Shown: positions 1 to 9,002 of the stretch, piece by piece
Position numbering within the stretch: the stretch's first letter is position 1
Layout: every line of letters begins with the position of its first letter
Source of the DNA: a virus
Lineage: Duplodnaviria; Caudoviricetes
Strand: one strand, 5' to 3'
Length of the DNA: 39,527 bases
IMG/VR virus record: IMGVR_UViG_3300033489_000026
Location: 1 to 39,527 of that record
Program-made: the position numbers and the translations under genes
Notes under the pieces: model-generated
Told to the model about the DNA's origin: nothing
What the model saw: the letters and a program-made list of their open reading frames with translations, nothing else
Database searches by the model: none

Positions 1-352
1 GTCTTGGTGCAAATAGTTGCGAGGATTTTATACCCCATATCCTTCTGTGTTACTTGTAAAGCATTTTTTATTATTTTATTCAATTTGTTTGTCGCTGTAA
101 GGCTGTGTGTGTATAAATATAATATAATTTTTGTTGATAGTAAAGAGATGTTTTTTTTATTTTTATACATCACATATAAGAACTATTTTATTAACATAGT
201 ATAATATTATAAATAATATACAGTTATTTAATTAAGATAAATACTATTAGCAATATAGTTTATATATATATTATATACACTCTTTCTTTATATGGTTGTA
301 TCTTTAATATTAAACTAATATCTCTCTACCTATAGTAGCTCGCGTTTGTTAT

Positions 353-502
353 CTACTTCAACAACGATTGCTCTCTCATTGATTTAGCAAGTAAGTCGTA
401 CATATAACGACGGCAAGCAGCACGCTTCTTGTTGTTTTTGAAAGATATGTGCTTAATACAATTTATATGTGCTTTAAATGCTTTAACTATTTTTTTAATC
501 AT
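353..502 (-). CDS. small basic hypothetical protein (49 aa, not in ORF track)
   Basis: Read by hand: GGAG RBS, ATG at 502, MIKKIVKAFKAHINCIKH...SLLK, TAG at 353-355. Confidence 0.5.
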   Translation of the reverse strand: MIKKIVKAFKAHINCIKHISFKNNKKRAACRRYMYDLLAKSMREQSLLK

Positions 503-682
503 AACCACACTCCTATACCTATACGTACATTATATATATAATTCTCGATTTTAAAGTATGATATATGCTCAAATCATTATTAATTTAGGCACAGTATTTT
601 AACACCATTTTTAACCACACAAAACACACCTAGAGTACGTTATAAAATATAGCCTCTGTTTTTGATATCATTTTGCGGCATT

Positions 683-1018
683 TTAATTTTTGTTTTGAGC
701 TTGCACCAAAGAATTAAATACTGAGTCCGCAATATCATGGTTGTTATACGTAAATCCTTTTTCGCCCCATGATTCACTTGGTGGTAAAAAATGCCAATTC
801 TTTTTTGCATCAAAATCACACACACAAACATCAATCGATGTTACTGGTACGCCTGGAATATATCTGCAATGCAACATAGCAACACCGTGTTCAAATCTAA
901 CAACCTCTCGATATGATCCGTCTATTTTAAAAATTTTTCCAATCTCTACGTTTGAAAATTGAATTTTTCTATCATGCATACAAATCTCCTTTAGTTTAAT
1001 ATTCGCAATATGTTCCAA
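683..1018 (-). CDS. hypothetical protein
   Basis: 111-aa ORF overlapping the upstream gene end; may start at a later Met after AAGGAG. Confidence 0.55.
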   Translation of the reverse strand: MEHIANIKLKEICMHDRKIQFSNVEIGKIFKIDGSYREVVRFEHGVAMLHCRYIPGVPVTSIDVCVCDFDAKKNWHFLPPSESWGEKGFTYNNHDIADSVFNSLVQAQNKN

Positions 1019-1580
1019 GTAATTTTGCTTCGTCTTTTGGTAAATCGGTTTTTGTTACGTGAGAGTATACGAGCCCTGCATCGCGTTTTGCGTGTCTCAT
1101 TTTTTTTCCTTCCTTATTTTCTTCAAGTTCTCTTTCCCTTGGTGTTAATGGATCAACTCCGTGTTTTGCAATAAAATCAATCTCAAACGATTTTAACATA
1201 GCACGAGTTTTCGCAAAATCTTCATCTAACATTTGTTCATCGTCATATTCTTTTGGCGAATATGGGCGCTGCTCGAGCGGTACACATGTCCGGTTGTATG
1301 CATCGGTAAAAACAGCAGGTAATGGAAAAGATTTTGAGTTGTATGTTTGGTTATGATTTTGAATTATGTATTGCACCATAGTACCAAAACGTTCCACAGT
1401 AATTTTTTTCATCATGTCGCAGTATATTGGCTTGGTTTCATTTTTTATTTTCCCAAAAAACGATTGAAGTAGTTTCATTTGCTCACCATAAAATTTTGCA
1501 TCTTTACCGATTGTTGTCCATAATTTTTTATTTTTTCCATCATTACCTAAAAGCTCTACCTCGTTTAGTTCAATAAACAT
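996..1580 (-). CDS. hypothetical protein downstream of replication initiator
   Basis: Long ORF right after the initiator; GGGGG RBS before MFIELNE; position typical of helicase-loader-type genes but no motif recognised. Confidence 0.6.
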   Translation of the reverse strand: MFIELNEVELLGNDGKNKKLWTTIGKDAKFYGEQMKLLQSFFGKIKNETKPIYCDMMKKITVERFGTMVQYIIQNHNQTYNSKSFPLPAVFTDAYNRTCVPLEQRPYSPKEYDDEQMLDEDFAKTRAMLKSFEIDFIAKHGVDPLTPRERELEENKEGKKMRHAKRDAGLVYSHVTKTDLPKDEAKLLGTYCEY

Positions 1581-1594
1581 ACAGCCCCCTTTAA

Positions 1595-2392
1595 TCAAAA
1601 TGGTATTTCGTTTTCACCAACAAATTCCTCGTTGTTATTTTTCCCAACTATTACAATTACCTCTTCCTCCCAACAACGCTGGTTGATGTAAGTTTGTAGA
1701 TTTTTCCACTGCGGCACAAAACCTCCTAACGATGCCGATTGTTTTTTTATGGCTATCTGCGACTCTAATGCCGGGAGTAGTGCAGGTATAATATTTTCCC
1801 AGTCACCGTGTTTTTTTTGAAAATTACAGAACTCAGTTTCCAAGCCTCTTTTTGTTCCTGGATACAATTTTCGAAAACACTCAAAAATTTCATAAACATC
1901 TTTTTTTATTTTCTTTTCTTTTATTTTATTTTTATTTACTTTACTTTCTTTTACTTTACTTTCTTTTACTTTACTTTCCTTTACTTTAATAGCATCATCG
2001 GGCATACCACGTGCATCTACGAGCAATGCCCGATGATGCTCGTGCATTAACTGGTTATTATTCCATCTTTTATTAGCAGCAATTTTACCATGATTTGATT
2101 TTTCAAACATGCTCCTAATAAGTCTTTCACTAAAAAAATTATTTTCATCAACTGTAAATAAATTAAAATTCCTAACAACTGTATCAATTTTTTCTTTGCT
2201 TGTGCACCATCTACGAGCGAATGAAGCCGTAATTGTTATTGGTAATTTGTAATCTTTTTCTGAGCGTAATTTTTCTATTAATGCCCAAAAAATACCATAT
2301 CCCTCCATCCCTAATTGATCTATAAGGAGCATGCACTTAGGATCATCTTGTGCATTAGAATCATGGCTAAAATAATAAGCATCCTTTTTCAT
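1595..2392 (-). CDS. phage replication initiator, DUF4373 (Lin1244/Lin1753-like) N-terminal domain
   Basis: N-terminus YYFSHDSNAQDDPK...GMEGYGIFWALIEKL; central KVKESKVKESK linker; C-terminal F..F..LYP...TYINQRCWEEE; ends EIPF. Confidence 0.85.
   Translation of the reverse strand: MKKDAYYFSHDSNAQDDPKCMLLIDQLGMEGYGIFWALIEKLRSEKDYKLPITITASFARRWCTSKEKIDTVVRNFNLFTVDENNFFSERLIRSMFEKSNHGKIAANKRWNNNQLMHEHHRALLVDARGMPDDAIKVKESKVKESKVKESKVNKNKIKEKKIKKDVYEIFECFRKLYPGTKRGLETEFCNFQKKHGDWENIIPALLPALESQIAIKKQSASLGGFVPQWKNLQTYINQRCWEEEVIVIVGKNNNEEFVGENEIPF
1936..2040. repeat. putative replication origin: 15-bp direct repeats plus 15-bp perfect inverted repeat
   Basis: TTACTTTACTTTC(T/C)T x3.5 at 1936-1988; AGCATCATCGGGCAT (1991-2005) and ATGCCCGATGATGCT (2026-2040), all inside the initiator gene. 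Confidence 0.65.
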
Positions 2393-2622
2393 TACTTTTT
2401 TTCCTCAAATAATTTTTTCATATCATTTAGAGTGTTTTTAATTTTATCATATTCCTCCATATGTAGGCGCTGAAAACCTCCGAGTTTTTGTATTAACTGC
2501 GGAGGACTCATACCTATCATAAATGCAAAATTTTTTATAGTCATACCATAGCTCTTTATCTCTTTTTTTATCTCAGGATACTCCCTGTATGTCATATATC
2601 CAAATGGTTTAAATTGTACCAC
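2392..2622 (-). CDS. Cro/XRE-like HTH protein
   Basis: 76 aa, MTIKNFAFMIGMSPPQLIQKLGG helix-turn-helix pattern; GGAGG RBS; upstream of the initiator. Confidence 0.7.
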   Translation of the reverse strand: MVQFKPFGYMTYREYPEIKKEIKSYGMTIKNFAFMIGMSPPQLIQKLGGFQRLHMEEYDKIKNTLNDMKKLFEEKK

Positions 2623-2660
2623 AAAACCTCCTAATAATTAAAATTGTTGGTAGTTTAATA

Positions 2661-2696
2661 AATAAAAAAACCGGCATTTCTGCTGGTTTTTTTATT
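2661..2696. terminator. hairpin flanked by A and T tracts (terminator-like, bidirectional)
   Basis: AATAAAAAAACCGGCA-TTTC-TGCTGGTTTTTTTATT. Confidence 0.55.
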
Positions 2697-2756
2697 TGTG
2701 TACCTATAAATATATATTTTGCACACCAAAAAAGAAAGTATTGTTTAAATTATTTT

Positions 2757-2789
2757 TTGATACAAAATCTAATTTTTGATGTATATTAT
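2757..2789 (+). promoter_or_regulatory. class II promoter-like motif TTGATAC-N18-TATATTAT
   Basis: One of four fixed-spacing copies; upstream of the plus-strand lysis operon. Confidence 0.6.
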
Positions 2790-2810
2790 GCGTATCATAG
2801 GAGTTTATAG

Positions 2811-3089
2811 ATGTGGGATAAAGCGGAAATAATTTCGGCAATAGCTTTTTTTATAACAACCATTGGTTTATCAGTAAAAATTTGGGCAGAGAGAAATAGA
2901 CCAAAAAAACATATACAAACAGAACGATGTAGCAAACACTCTTCGATCGAAACAACACTCGACACAATCTCAGAAGACCTGCGCGATATAAAAAAACAGC
3001 TACAGGATATAATATCTCTCCAATTACACCAGCAGGAAACAATAGGATTTTTGAGTGGTAAAATAAATAATAGACCAGGAGGAAATTAA
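2811..3089 (+). CDS. holin-like membrane protein (N-terminal TM, coiled coil)
   Basis: AGGAG RBS; hydrophobic IISAIAFFITTIGLSV followed by a heptad-like region; directly precedes the endolysin. Confidence 0.55.
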   Translation: MWDKAEIISAIAFFITTIGLSVKIWAERNRPKKHIQTERCSKHSSIETTLDTISEDLRDIKKQLQDIISLQLHQQETIGFLSGKINNRPGGN

Positions 3090-3610
3090 TGGAATTATAT
3101 TCTGGAATGAAACTATCGCCAAACTTTACAGTCGACGAAATAGTACCACAAAATTATATACATAAAATTGACGATTCGCAACACGAAATGCTTGAAAATA
3201 TCTGTATAAATATTTTAGAACCCATACGGATATTTGCGTCATTATTGGCCGAAAAAGATTGCCCAATTAAAATAACATCAGGACTCAGGACGCAGGCAGA
3301 GTACGATGATTTAATAAAAAGAGGATATAATCCGTCAAAAAAATCAGACCATTTTTATGATGCTAAAAAAGGGTGTTTTGGTGCAGTTGATTTTGTTACA
3401 AATATCATTCCTACTAATTTATTATTTTACAGTATTTTTGATAATTTTAGCAGTATTTATTTTGGGCAGATTATTTTGGAGCGGAATTACCATAATACAT
3501 ACTGGATACATGTGTCAAACCCGCCAGAATTATTTGGTGGGAAACCACGTAAAAATAACAGAATTTTAATATCACTTGATAATGGGAAAACGTATAATGC
3601 ACCCAAATAA
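3089..3610 (+). CDS. endolysin, peptidase M15A family
   Basis: LSPNFTVDE; ILEPIR; PIKITSGLR; S-D-H...AVDF; GQIILE; WIHVS. Confidence 0.88.
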   Translation: MELYSGMKLSPNFTVDEIVPQNYIHKIDDSQHEMLENICINILEPIRIFASLLAEKDCPIKITSGLRTQAEYDDLIKRGYNPSKKSDHFYDAKKGCFGAVDFVTNIIPTNLLFYSIFDNFSSIYFGQIILERNYHNTYWIHVSNPPELFGGKPRKNNRILISLDNGKTYNAPK

Positions 3611-3617
3611 TATTAGA

Positions 3618-3971
3618 ATGAAAATGCAACTACCAAAATCATATAGGCGCCAAAAAAAGTTTGAAAAAAAGTGCCAATATCCAGGTTGTGGAAAGATTTT
3701 TTTTGGTATCAAAATTGCAAAAAAATGTGTTGACCACCGTGGAGAAAAATTCAGGATACGAAATAAAATAAATTACGACATAAATATAGACAACCAGACT
3801 TTTAAACATAACTATACAGAGGTTGTTAAAATTGTTTTTAATTGTGCATTTGAATCATGCAGAAATCAGTTTGATGTAAAAATCTACCCAAACCAGTATG
3901 TCTACCCAAAATATTGTCCAGAACATCGCAATGAATACAAACGAAAAATGGTCGTATCTACAAAAAATTAA
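3618..3971 (+). CDS. Cys/His-rich putative zinc-binding protein with two C-x4-C...C-x2-H-R modules
   Basis: CQYPGC...KKCVDHR and CAFESC...KYCPEHR. Confidence 0.7.
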   Translation: MKMQLPKSYRRQKKFEKKCQYPGCGKIFFGIKIAKKCVDHRGEKFRIRNKINYDINIDNQTFKHNYTEVVKIVFNCAFESCRNQFDVKIYPNQYVYPKYCPEHRNEYKRKMVVSTKN

Positions 3972-3993
3972 AAACATATTACAGGGAGTTTTT

Positions 3994-4302
3994 ATGAACA
4001 ACATTTTATTGAGCAACACAATTCGCGCGTTTTTTCAACCCCACAAAACCTCGGTTGTGGCAGACTGGGGAGCTGCTGTAGATAGTGTTTATACTCTCGG
4101 ATTTAACGCCAAAGGCGCAAAACTTTCAGCAGCTACAGCCGGAGTTGTTGGTGTTTTGGAGGTACATCTTGTTGACGACGCTGCCTCACGCTGGTATTTA
4201 CTCGATCTCGACAAGGGAGTTCCTTCTGGTGCTATTTTTGACAAAATCCGCACAACAAACACCACTGTTACTGTTGCAGATGTTACCATTTTCCCGATGT
4301 AA
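3994..4302 (+). CDS. putative head spike base/decoration protein (RcGTA Rcc01079-like)
   Basis: GGGAG RBS; 102-aa beta-rich protein with AGVVGVLEVHLVDD and C-terminal FDKIRTTNTT, reminiscent of the spike-base family. Confidence 0.45.
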   Translation: MNNILLSNTIRAFFQPHKTSVVADWGAAVDSVYTLGFNAKGAKLSAATAGVVGVLEVHLVDDAASRWYLLDLDKGVPSGAIFDKIRTTNTTVTVADVTIFPM

Positions 4303-4305
4303 ATT

Positions 4306-4329
4306 TAGTGGAGAAAAAAATCTCCACTA
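4306..4329. terminator. hairpin between convergent genes
   Basis: TAGTGGAGA-AAAAAA-TCTCCACTA, perfect 9-bp stem between stops at 4302 (+) and 4332 (-). Confidence 0.6.
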
Positions 4330-4331
4330 TA

Positions 4332-4559
4332 CTATAAATCGCGAAGTCTTAAAAAATTATTTATAATATTTTCATCGTCTTTGGGCTGACTCTTTACACC
4401 AATAGAGCATGATTCTCCGAAACATATCATTACATTGTCGCACGGATCATATACTGAAAAACCAGCGGATGTTACGTTTAAACCTCGTGCCATTTGTTTG
4501 TGTGATATATCATCAGGAAATAATATAGGTAATTTATTTTCAACTATAATATATTTCAT
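4332..4559 (-). CDS. hypothetical phage protein
   Basis: 75 aa; MKYIIV...PILFP...SH...VTSAGF...GES.S pattern; AAGGA RBS. Confidence 0.7.
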   Translation of the reverse strand: MKYIIVENKLPILFPDDISHKQMARGLNVTSAGFSVYDPCDNVMICFGESCSIGVKSQPKDDENIINNFLRLRDL

Positions 4560-4675
4560 AATAGATCCTTTCTAATTTTGTTACGCATCCTGTCTATTAC
4601 AACATTTTTTATTTGTTTTGTTTGCCATATTTACTAAACGAGTAGTCTCAATGACGGTGTGTAGGTTTGCCGGTA

Positions 4676-5275
4676 TTATTTTTGTCTATAGTCATTAATA
4701 ATTTTGGAGCCTGCACACATTTTCTCGACAACAGAACCTGCCAACATATTTTTGACAACGGAGCCTCTCTCCATATTTTTGACAACGGAGCCTGCCTCCA
4801 TTTTTTTTACAACGGAACCTGCCCACATATAATTGACCACGGAACCTGACCACATATAATTGACCACGGAGCCTGCCAACATATAATTGACCACGGAGCC
4901 TGTCCACATATTTTTTACCACGGAGCCTGCCAACATATAATTGACAACGGAGCCGTCCTCCATATTTTTGACAACGGAGCCTGCCTCCATTTTTTTTACA
5001 ACGGAGCCTGCCAACATATAATTGACCACGGAGCCTGTCCACATATTTTTTACCACGGAACCGTCCAACATTTTCTCGACCACTGAGCCGTCCTCCATGT
5101 TCTCGACCACGGAATTGTCCATGCCAATTATTATACAATCCTGCACCTCATCGACCGTGGCATTGACCAAAATATACGTATTGCCTGTCAGCATTTTGTG
5201 TGTGCCAGTCACTATCGGTGGACCGGTTAGAATATCCCCACAACGCGCAACAATCGCCGATTTGTACCTACACAT
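4676..5275 (-). CDS. tandem 9-aa repeat (beta-solenoid-like) protein
   Basis: GGAGG RBS; MCRYKSAIV N-terminus; about 16 copies of M-x-x-G-S-V-V-x-x. Confidence 0.8.
   Translation of the reverse strand: MCRYKSAIVARCGDILTGPPIVTGTHKMLTGNTYILVNATVDEVQDCIIIGMDNSVVENMEDGSVVEKMLDGSVVKNMWTGSVVNYMLAGSVVKKMEAGSVVKNMEDGSVVNYMLAGSVVKNMWTGSVVNYMLAGSVVNYMWSGSVVNYMWAGSVVKKMEAGSVVKNMERGSVVKNMLAGSVVEKMCAGSKIINDYRQK
4694..5125. repeat. 27-bp coding tandem repeat, about 16 units
   Basis: Recurrent (TGAC/TTAC)(A/C)ACGGA(G/A)CC core at 27-nt period. Confidence 0.9.
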
Positions 5276-5316
5276 AAATCCTCCTGTTTGTATTTGTCTG
5301 TATGTCCTACTATATA

Positions 5317-5345
5317 ATCATACCACCAAAACCAAATATTGTCAA
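5317..5345 (-). promoter_or_regulatory. sigma70-type promoter (class I, copy 1)
   Basis: TTGACA-17 nt-TATGAT with extended -10 TG; upstream of gene 4676-5275. Confidence 0.8.
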
Positions 5346-5347
5346 TA

Positions 5348-5491
5348 CTATTTCTCTAAGTCATTGATTATGTTATCGATCTGTGTGTTGTGTTTTTCCA
5401 TCGCTGGCACCGTGTTTTTTATTGTTATCATGCATAGTTCTGCTGCTACTACGATTATTACTGCTACTAAAAAAAGTCTCATTGCGTTCAT
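5348..5491 (-). CDS. small membrane protein (47 aa, not in ORF track)
   Basis: GGGGG RBS; MNAMRLFLVAVIIVVAAELCMITIK...NDLEK; lies between two promoter copies. Confidence 0.6.
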   Translation of the reverse strand: MNAMRLFLVAVIIVVAAELCMITIKNTVPAMEKHNTQIDNIINDLEK

Positions 5492-5526
5492 CGGTTCCCC
5501 CTGGTTTAGATCAATCCTACACTCTA

Positions 5527-5555
5527 ATCATACCACGAAATCAGAATATTGTCAA
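5527..5555 (-). promoter_or_regulatory. sigma70-type promoter (class I, copy 2)
   Basis: TTGACA-17 nt-TATGAT; flanks similar to copy 1. Confidence 0.8.
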
Positions 5556-5565
5556 TACCGCTTCT

Positions 5566-6171
<606 letters not shown>

Positions 6172-6497
6172 ATTTTGCTTCTTTTTTTGTTTGGTTTGCT
6201 GCATTCTCAATCCAAATTTGATATCAATAACATTACATAATTCACACATTTTTTGGGACATTGGTATATGTTTTCAAATTATTTGTATTGGTTAAAATTT
6301 GATCTCCAAAAACATCGAAACCTATAGAGCCTGCAAAAATGCCCCCTTTTTTACAGGCGGAAATATTTACATTTTCCAGTAATGATGATTTTATTTTTTG
6401 GTAGTCAACGCCTCTATTACTCCAATAATTTGAGATGTATCCTTAAACATGTCGTACTGGGTGATACCTGCGACTATCGATTTTGCCTTTTTCATTA

Positions 6498-7157
6498 TCA
6501 TACGTATAGATATTTTTTGATATTATTTTTCCAGTAAATTTTTTCTTCCGGGACATTATCGCGCACCGATTGAATCCATTTTTTTTGAGGTACTATCGCA
6601 TTACTCCCCGTCATTGCACCTACTATTACTCTCTCAAGATTTTTATGTTCATTTATTTTTGGTATATATCCGAGAAGCGGCTCGATTGACAAAAAACATC
6701 TATTATTGTATGATATAAAATTATTAATTTCATCTGAACAAAATGCAGTATTTACATTTGTAATATCACCCTCTATTCCTGCAATAGTAATTCCAGTAAT
6801 GCAATTAGGAGGTAAAACAAACCAATCATATGATCCAAAACCTTTTGACAGAAACATAAAAGTGTGTTGTGGGCAACGTTTGCATTTATCAATTATTGAT
6901 TCAATCCATTCAGTAGTCCAATATTGTATATCTGAATAAAATCCAACAAAAAAAGTAGATGGCTTTTTTATCGATTCTGGTATCGATATTTTGTCTGGAT
7001 GGAAAATAATTGTATCATAGTTGTGGTCTCCATATAGATGTTTTATTCGCGGCCAAACGCGGTTTCTAACAACACAATATTCACAACCGCGAAAACAACC
7101 AGTGACTGGATTCCAGGTATAGTCAAGCCCCGGCCAATCTATTTTTGTTTTTTGCAT
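6498..7157 (-). CDS. DUF5131 (phage Gp37/Gp68, radical-SAM-like) protein
   Basis: TKIDW...TWNPVTGC..GCEYC; PQHTFMFLSK; FLSIEPLLG; VIVGAMTG. Confidence 0.9.
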   Translation of the reverse strand: MQKTKIDWPGLDYTWNPVTGCFRGCEYCVVRNRVWPRIKHLYGDHNYDTIIFHPDKISIPESIKKPSTFFVGFYSDIQYWTTEWIESIIDKCKRCPQHTFMFLSKGFGSYDWFVLPPNCITGITIAGIEGDITNVNTAFCSDEINNFISYNNRCFLSIEPLLGYIPKINEHKNLERVIVGAMTGSNAIVPQKKWIQSVRDNVPEEKIYWKNNIKKYLYV

Positions 7158-7169
7158 GATTTTTTCTCC

Positions 7170-7652
7170 CTATTTTTTTGAAATGTTTTTTGATATTTTT
7201 TCTGCCGAGCGCCCAACGACGTACCCACCAAGACCAATTTTTAGTAAATCCCATAGATATGGTGGAAGATCCATAATAGGAAAATCACTATAAAAACACC
7301 TTGCGTACGGTACAATTATGTAATTGTTGGCAACGATATATACAAAAACCAACATTGTTAACGGACGCCAGTTCCGCTGCATCCATGAACCGCCCTTGAT
7401 TTCAGCCTGCAAAATCAATGACCGTTGTTCAATCTCAGTTTTTTCGAGTTCTGATCTCGCAAGCGACAATTCTTTCTCTGCCTGTAAAGTAGCACTTTCT
7501 ATCTGCTGCGATAGTTCGATGAGTCGTATCTGTTGGTCTGACGTTATCGAGTCTTTCCCAGTTATAGCCGATCTAATGTCACGAGCCAGTCCGCCGATAG
7601 CTTTTACCGTTGTACCAATCCCTGCGTCAAAAATTTTGTCAACTATTCCCAT
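7170..7652 (-). CDS. holin, 3TM (GTA-holin-like) family
   Basis: SWMQRNWRPL, TM segment, LWDLLKIGLGGYVVGRSAEK; GGGAG RBS before MGIVDKIF. Confidence 0.88.
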   Translation of the reverse strand: MGIVDKIFDAGIGTTVKAIGGLARDIRSAITGKDSITSDQQIRLIELSQQIESATLQAEKELSLARSELEKTEIEQRSLILQAEIKGGSWMQRNWRPLTMLVFVYIVANNYIIVPYARCFYSDFPIMDLPPYLWDLLKIGLGGYVVGRSAEKISKNISKK

Positions 7653-7998
7653 TATTGATCTCCCTGGGTTTAAAATATTCAAAAACATCATTTATTCTTT
7701 TTTGTATTTGTTCATTTGATTTTACAAAAAACCCATGTTCTTCGGCGTCATAAAAATCAAATCTGATTTTTTTGTGTTCTATTTTTAGATTTTCAATAAA
7801 ATTTTGAACATCGTTTATCAGATCTGACACAATATCAGGCATGCACCTATTATTTAGGCAGTCTACAATTTCCTGTTCTGTGTCACCAAACCCACTAAAA
7901 CATCCATTCTCACACTCGTACTCAAAAAAATCAGAGCCGCATGTCTTGTCATAAATCTCAATTTTACCACCACAGAACGGGCATTGTTTGATTTCCAT
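7639..7998 (-). CDS. Lar-like (restriction alleviation) zinc-finger protein
   Basis: MEIKQCPFCGG...CENGC...LNNR pattern. Confidence 0.6.
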   Translation of the reverse strand: MEIKQCPFCGGKIEIYDKTCGSDFFEYECENGCFSGFGDTEQEIVDCLNNRCMPDIVSDLINDVQNFIENLKIEHKKIRFDFYDAEEHGFFVKSNEQIQKRINDVFEYFKPREINNGNS

Positions 7999-8000
7999 TT

Positions 8001-8438
8001 TTATTCCTTTGTTTGTGTGAAATATGGAGTAGGATCTATTAGATCGCTCCTACGCATATATGGTTGATTATTTATATCTGACAATTCTCCGTCTGCGTTT
8101 TTGCTATACATTTCTATGTGTAGCATTTTTGTAGATTCTCCAATTCTCTCTCCTTGTAAAACATAATACCACGAATAATACTGTTTAAATTGTATACTCC
8201 TAGCACCGCAATATCTCATTAAATAATCATCGTGATCGATCACTATTTCGAAAATATTTGCCGATATTACCATGCCGTCTCTTACTGCACAAATATCCAA
8301 TCCTGGATCGGTAATCAGGTCTATTCCGGCATTAATAATTTCAACCTCCGAACCAAATGGTTTCAATTTAGACCCAAAACTGTGCGGTTCTTTTAGTATA
8401 CTGTTTTTGTGTTTTACAGGAAATACAAAATTACCCAT
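8001..8438 (-). CDS. M23 family peptidase-like protein, degenerate Zn site
   Basis: AGIDL...ICAVRDGMV...VLQGERIG...LHIEM...IDPTPYF; the His of HxxxD is replaced by Asn. Confidence 0.75.
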   Translation of the reverse strand: MGNFVFPVKHKNSILKEPHSFGSKLKPFGSEVEIINAGIDLITDPGLDICAVRDGMVISANIFEIVIDHDDYLMRYCGARSIQFKQYYSWYYVLQGERIGESTKMLHIEMYSKNADGELSDINNQPYMRRSDLIDPTPYFTQTKE

Positions 8439-8700
8439 TAGTTACATCCATTTCGTTTGTAAATTTTTCAAATACTAACAATGTATCTCCACAAATACTA
8501 ATTGTCTGTTTTTTTTCATATCCTTTTTCAGAGCCGAATAGCTCACGTGGGTCACCAAAAAGCGGGCAATTTATAGAGCAATGTGCATCAAACGATGCAT
8601 ACGGGCATTCCATTTCTGTATATTTTTCTGAGTTGTTTCTACATATTTTTAACGCCCCATATTTATCAAGTTTCCCTGATTCAAAATACAATTGCCTCAT
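8431..8700 (-). CDS. hypothetical Cys-rich protein
   Basis: GAGGAG RBS before MRQLYF; CPY...CSINCPLFG. Confidence 0.65.
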   Translation of the reverse strand: MRQLYFESGKLDKYGALKICRNNSEKYTEMECPYASFDAHCSINCPLFGDPRELFGSEKGYEKKQTISICGDTLLVFEKFTNEMDVTNG

Positions 8701-8716
8701 ACTTTTCTCCTCAACA

Positions 8717-8749
8717 TTAATATAACACAAAATCTATAAATCGTATCAA
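8717..8749 (-). promoter_or_regulatory. class II promoter-like motif TTGATAC-N18-TATATTAA
   Basis: TTGATACGATTTATAGATTTTGTGTTATATTAA, just upstream of a GAGGAG RBS. Confidence 0.6.
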
Positions 8750-9000
8750 AATACCTGCAACCATTGTCCTGTTGGAATTTTATCGATATCATATTTTGGG
8801 ACATATTTATTCCCATAGTGGTCTTTTATATAATTTATAGCACCTATTTTATCGCCAAAAAATTTTATTTCTGTATAAATTTTATCGATCCATTTGTGCT
8901 CTATCCATTCGTTTTTGGTATAAAAATATGCTACTGTAAATTTAGATGATACATCAAATTGTTCGAGTTTATTGCGTTTTATATATGTATTATTTGACAT
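8746..9000 (-). CDS. hypothetical protein
   Basis: 84-aa ORF tightly packed after dut. Confidence 0.55.
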   Translation of the reverse strand: MSNNTYIKRNKLEQFDVSSKFTVAYFYTKNEWIEHKWIDKIYTEIKFFGDKIGAINYIKDHYGNKYVPKYDIDKIPTGQWLQVF

Positions 9001-9002
9001 AA

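Noticed and set aside
4625-4675. GGCAAACC on the minus strand resembling a c-di-GMP-I riboswitch start
   Set aside because: The GNRA-capped stem and second hairpin are absent.
4694-5125. CRISPR-like periodic repeat
   Set aside because: The period is 27 nt with no unique spacers, it is in frame within a gene, and no cas operon is present.
6305-6350. GGGGGC...GGTTTCGA resembling a tmRNA 5' end
   Set aside because: Spacing is wrong and I found no matching 3' T-arm/CCA half.
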